Shown: positions 58,755 to 64,000 of the stretch, one piece after another
How the letters are laid out: the number at the start of each line of letters is the position of its first letter
Numbering within the stretch: position 1 is the stretch's first letter
Source: Mobula hypostoma
Lineage: Eukaryota
Direction of reading: 5' to 3'
Assembly: GCF_963921235.1 (NCBI RefSeq)
Contig: NC_086097.1
Coordinates: 57,352,001-57,416,000 of the forward strand
DNA length: 64,000 nt
Translations under genes and position numbers: made by a program
The notes under the pieces: generated by a model
What the model saw: only the letters and a program-made list of their open reading frames with translations
Told to the model about the DNA's origin: nothing
Databases searched by the model: none

Positions 58755-60908
58755 CTCCTGCAAGTCAGCCAATCTTCTATCCATGGTAATTTCTTTTCGG
58801 GCTGTTATCTTGTCAAGCAGCCTTACGTGCACGTTGTAAAAGGCCTTCTGAAAATCCAAATAAACAATATCCACTGACTCTCCTTTGTCTATCTTGCCTG
58901 TTATTTCCTTAAAGAAATCCAATGGATCTGTCAGGCAAGATTACCCCTTAAGGAAACCACACTGTCTTTGGCTTATTTTATCATGTGCCTCAAGTACCCC
59001 AAAACCTCATCCTTAATAATGAACTCCAACATCCTGCATAAGGACTCCCAAGTCCCTTTGCACCTCGGATTTTTGAATTTTCTCCCCATTTTGAAAATAG
59101 TTCACACCTTTATTCCTTCTAGTCTATCTATCAATTCCATGCCCATCTTGTCTATGTCCTTCTGCAGCCTTCTTGCTACCACAACACTACCTACCCCTCC
59201 ACCTATCTTCATATCGTCCACAAACTTGGCCACAAAGCCATCAATTCCATCATCTCAATCATTGACATACAACGTATAAAGAGATGGTCCTAACACTGAC
59301 CCCCGTGGAACACCATTAGTCACCAGCAGCCAATCAAAAAAGGTTCTCTTTATTCCCGCATTTTGCCTCCTGCCATTCAGCCAATGCTCTATCCATGCTA
59401 TTACATTTCCTGAAATACTATAGGCTCTTCTCTTGCCAAGCAGACATGTAGAGCACCATGTCAAATGCCTTCTGAAAATCCAAGTACACAACATCCATGG
59501 ATTCTCCTTTGTTTATCCTGCTTATTATTTCTTCAAAGAAATCCAACCAACTTGTTAGGGAAGATTTTCCCTTAAGGAAACCATGTTGACTTAGGTCTAC
59601 TTTATCATGTTCCTCCAAGTACCCTGAAATCTCATCCTCAACAATCGACTCCAACATCTTTCCAGCCAATGAGGTCAGGCTAACTTGGCCAATAATTTTC
59701 TTTCTTCTGCCTCCTACCCATCTTGAGCAGTGGAATGACATTTGCAATTTTCCAATGCTTTGGAACCATGCCATTAGTAATGATTCTTGAAAGATAATTT
59801 CTAATGCCTCCATAATCTTTTCAGCCACCTTTTTCAGAACCCTAGAGTATTGTCCATCTGGTCCTGGTGATTTATCTACTTTCAGACCTTTCAGCTTCCC
59901 AATCACCTTTTCCCTGGTAATAGCAACTGCACTCACTTCTGCCTCTTGACATTTGAACTTCTGTCATGCTGCTAGTATCTTCCACGGTGAAGGCTGATGC
60001 AAAATGCTTATTCAGTTTGTCCGCCATTTCCTTGTCCTCCATTACTACCTCTCCAATGCCATTTTCCAGCGATTTGATATCCTCTTTGATATTATTGGCT
60101 AGCTTCCCTTCATATTTCATCTTTTCCCTCCTTATGGCTTTTTAATGGCCTTCTGTTGGTTTTTAAAAGCTTCCCAATTCTCCAGCTTCCCACTAATTTT
60201 TGCTATATTATATGCCTTCTCTTTTGCTTTTATTTTGCCTTTGACTTTCCTTGTCAGCTATGTTGCATTATCCTTCCTTTAGAATACTACTACTACTTTG
60301 GGATGTATAAGACCATAAGATATAGGAGCAGAATTAGGCCATTTGGCCCATTGAGTCTGCTTTGCCATTCCATCATGGCTGATCCAATTTTCCCCTCAGC
60401 CCCAATCCCTGCTTTCTCCCCATATCCCTTCATATCCTGACCAATCAAGAATCTGTCAACCTCTGCCTTAAATATACATCGCAACTTGGCCTCCACAGCT
60501 GCCTATGGCAAAAAAAAATCCACAGATTCACCACTCTCTGGCTAATGAAATTCTTCTTTGTCTCCGTTCTAAAAGGATGCCCCTCTATTCTGAGGCTGTG
60601 TCCTCTGGTCTAGACTCTCCCACCATAAAGTGTGCACTTCCCCCCCATCAAGGCCTTTCACCATTTGCTAGGTTTCAATGAGGTCACCCTCTCATTCTTC
60701 TGAATTCTGGTGAATACAGATCCGGAGCTATCAAATGTTCTTCATCTGACAAGCTCTTCAATCCTGGAATTATTTGCGTGAATTTCCTTTGAATCCTCTC
60801 CAGTTTCAGCACATCTTTTCTAAGATAGGGGCCCAAAACTACTAACGATACTTTGAGAGTGACCTCATTACTGCTTTATAAAGTCTCAACAATTACATCT
60901 TTGCTTTT
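58755..60908 (-). mobile_element. Cluster of CR1 fragments
   Basis: ORFs 58680-58922, 59255-60120 and 60293-60496 with CR1 RT and 3' motifs; tail gaccataagatatagg at 60311. Confidence 0.85.
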
Positions 60909-61652
60909 ATAGAAACATAGAAAACCTATAGCACAATACAGGCCCTTCAGCCCATAATGCTGTGCTGAACATGTACTGTAGAAGTTACCTAGGGTTACCC
61001 ATAGCCCTCTATTTTTCTAAGCTCCATGTTCCTATCCAAGAGTCTATTAAAAGACCCTATTATATCCGCCTCCACTACCGTCACCGGCAGCCCATTCCAT
61101 GCACTCACCACTCTGCATAAAAAACTTACCCTTGACATCTCCTCTGTACCTACTTCCAAGCAGCTTAAAATTGTGCCCTCTTGTGTTAGCCATTTTAGCC
61201 CTGGGAAAAAGCCTCTGATTATCCACATGATCAATGCCTCTCATCATCTTTTACACCTCTATCAGATCACCTCTCAACCTCTGTCACTTCAAGGAGAAAA
61301 GGCCAAATTCACTCAACCTGTTCTCGTAAAGCATGCTCCCCAATCCAAGCAACATCCTTGTAAATCTCCTCTGCACCCTTTCTATAGTTTCCACATCCTT
61401 CCTGTAGTGAGGTGACCAGAACTGAGCACAATACTCCAAGTGGGGTCTGACCAGGGTCCTGTATAGCTGTAACATTGCCTCTTGACTCTTGAACCCAGTC
61501 CCACGGTTGATGAAGGCCAATGCACCATTTGCCTTCTTAACCACACAGTCAACCTGCGCAGTAGCTTTGAGTGTCCTATGGACATGGACCCTAGGATCTA
61601 TCTGATCCTCCACACTGTCAAGAGTCTTAACATTAATACTATATATTAATAC
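60909..61652 (-). mobile_element. CR1-B 3' fragment
   Basis: Tail atagaaacatagaaaacc; LYRTLVRPHLEYCAQFWSPHYRKDV. Confidence 0.9.
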
Positions 61653-61664
61653 TATTTTTTGCCA

Positions 61665-64000
61665 ACTCTTAACTAAAAATGAGATCAGGGCAATAGTGGG
61701 AGAAGATGTAAGATCTAAGGAGCAGAATGTTGAATCCATCTGGGTAGAGATTAGGAACAGCAGGGGGGAAAATCACTGGTGGGAGTTGCCTATCACCCAC
61801 CGAATAATATTACGTTAGCATAGGCAATAAACAGAGAAATATCTGAGGCATGTAACAATGGAACAGCAGTTATCATGAGGGAGTTTAACTTGCACACAGA
61901 TTGGGTGAATCAAGTTGGTTGAGGCAGTCTTGAGGAGGACTTCATGGAATGCTTCCGTGGCATCTTTCTTGAACAGCATGTTACTGAACCTACAAGGGAA
62001 CGTGCTATCTTAGATCTGGTCCTGTGCAATGAGACAGGTAAAATTAATGATCTTGTTGTTAGGGATCCTCTTGGAAAGCGTGATCACAGTATGATTAAGT
62101 TTCTCATACAGATGGAGTATACAATAGTTTGATCTAAAACCAGTGTATTATGCCTAAACAATGGAGACTACAGTGAGGATTTGTTTAGTGTAGGCTGGAA
62201 ACACAGGCTCTATGGTGGGATGGTTGAAGAACAGTGGAAGACTTTCGAAGAGATTTTTCATGGTGCTCAACAAAAGTATATTCCAGTTAAAAGCAAGGAC
62301 AGTAAGGGAGGGGAGAGCCAGCCTTGGATAACTAAGGAAGTAAAAGAAGGCATCAAACCATAAGCTCGTACATATGAAGTCACCAAGAGTAGTGGGAAAG
62401 TGGAAGATTGGGAAAACTTTGAAAAGCAACAAAGAACCACTTAGCGAGTAATAAAGGAAAGCTAGATTATGAAAATAACTAGCACAAAATATAAAAATGG
62501 ATAGTAAGACCTTTTATAATCATATAAAGCAGAAAAGGATGGATAAAATAAATGTAGGTTCCTTGGAGGATGAGAAGGGGTAATTGATATTGGGTAATGA
62601 GGAAATGGCAGAGACTTTGAATGACTATTTTATATTGGTCTTCATGGTGGAGGACACATCTAACATGACAAAGAGAGATGTTATGGATATGATGGGAGGT
62701 GAGGATCTTGATACATTAACTATCACTAAAGAGGTAGTGCTGAGCAACTTGTGGTCCTGAAGATAGACAAGTCCCCTGATCCTGATGGAATGCAGCCCAC
62801 GGTAACTGAAAGAAATAGCAGAAGATATAGTAGAGGCTTTGGTGATGATTTACCAAAATTCACTGTACTCTGGATAGGTCCCAGTGGATCGGAAGACAGC
62901 AAATGTCATGCCACTGTTCAAAAAAGGATGTAGACAACAGACAAGTAACTATAGGCCAGTTAGTTTAATATCTGTAGTTGGGAAAATGCTTGAAGCTATC
63001 ATTAAAGAAGAAATAGCGAGGCATCTGGAAAGTAATAGATCCATCAGACAGGCACAGCATGGATTCAGCAAAGACAGGTCCTGTTTGACAATCTTACTGG
63101 AGTTCTTTGAAAATATAATGAGCTCAGTGGATAGAAGGGAACAGATGGATGTTATTTACTTGGATTTCCAGAAGACGTTTGATAAGGTGCCACATAAAAG
63201 ACTTATCCATAAGATAAGGATACATAGAGTTGGGGCTGATGTATTAGCATAGATAGAGGATTGGTTAACTAATAGAAAGTAGAGAGTTGGTATACATTTT
63301 TGTTACTCTGGTTGGCAATCAGTGGAGAGCGGTGTGCCGCAAGGGTTGGTGCTGGGCCACAACTATTCACAATATGCATTAACAATCTGTAAAAAGGGAT
63401 TGAGTGTAGTGTATCTAAGTTTGCTGATGATAATAAATCGTGCAGAAGATATGGAGAGTCTGTAGAGAATGATAGGTTAAGTATGTGGGCAAGGGTCTGG
63501 CAGATGGAGTACAATGTTGGTAAATCCACTTTAGAAGGAAAAATAAAAGAGCAGATTATTATTTAAATGGTAAAAAATTGCAGGGTGCTCCTATGCCGAG
63601 GGACTTTGGAGTGTTTGTGCATGAATCACAAAAGGTTGGTTTGCAGGTGCAGCAGGCTGTTAAGAAGGTAAATGGAATGCTGGCCTTCATTGCTAAAGGC
63701 ATTGAACTTAAGAGCAGGGAGGTTATGCTGCAGCTGCACAGGCCACACCTGGAGTACTGAATGCAGTTCTGGTCTCTTTACTAGGGTTGGAGGAGGTTCA
63801 TCAGGTTGATTCCAGAGATGAGGGGTTAGACTATGAGGAGAGATTGAGTCGCCTGGGACTGTACTTCCTGGAATTCAGAAGAATGAGAGGAAATCTTATA
63901 GAAACATATAAAATTATGAAGAGGATAGATAAGATAGAGGCAGGAAAGTTGTTTCCACTGGTAGCTGAGACTAGAACTAGGGGACATAGCCTCAAGGTTC
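61665..64000 (+). mobile_element. CR1 ORF2 (EN plus RT), decayed, running off the window
   Basis: LEQHVTEPTRERAILDLVLCN, NYRPVSLISVVGK, QHGFSKDRSCLT, IYLDFQKTFDKVPH, RPHLEY. Confidence 0.92.

Overview
This is eukaryotic, vertebrate genomic DNA. The repeat complement (CR1, Rex-like and L1/Tx1-like LINEs, V-SINEs, Penelope-like elements, Tc1, hAT, Gypsy) is most like a cartilaginous fish, probably a ray; that assignment is an inference. The window lies inside one large + strand gene, KIAA0586/TALPID3. Three phase-compatible internal coding exons are visible (22678-22904, 42424-42496, 57336-57599), separated by introns of about 19.5 kb and 14.8 kb packed with nested, mostly decayed transposons. 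The most notable structure not shown by the ORF track is a set of minimal hammerhead-ribozyme motifs (CUGANGA...GAAAC-NUC) carried by Penelope-like (GIY-YIG) retroelements. One copy is intact (52371-52406, - strand). One is a 110-bp near ribozyme-only insertion with a 15-bp TSD. Several fold-back insertions also have TSDs. Almost all ORFs in the supplied track are transposon debris or chance ORFs. Repeat boundaries are approximate unless a TSD or TIR is quoted.
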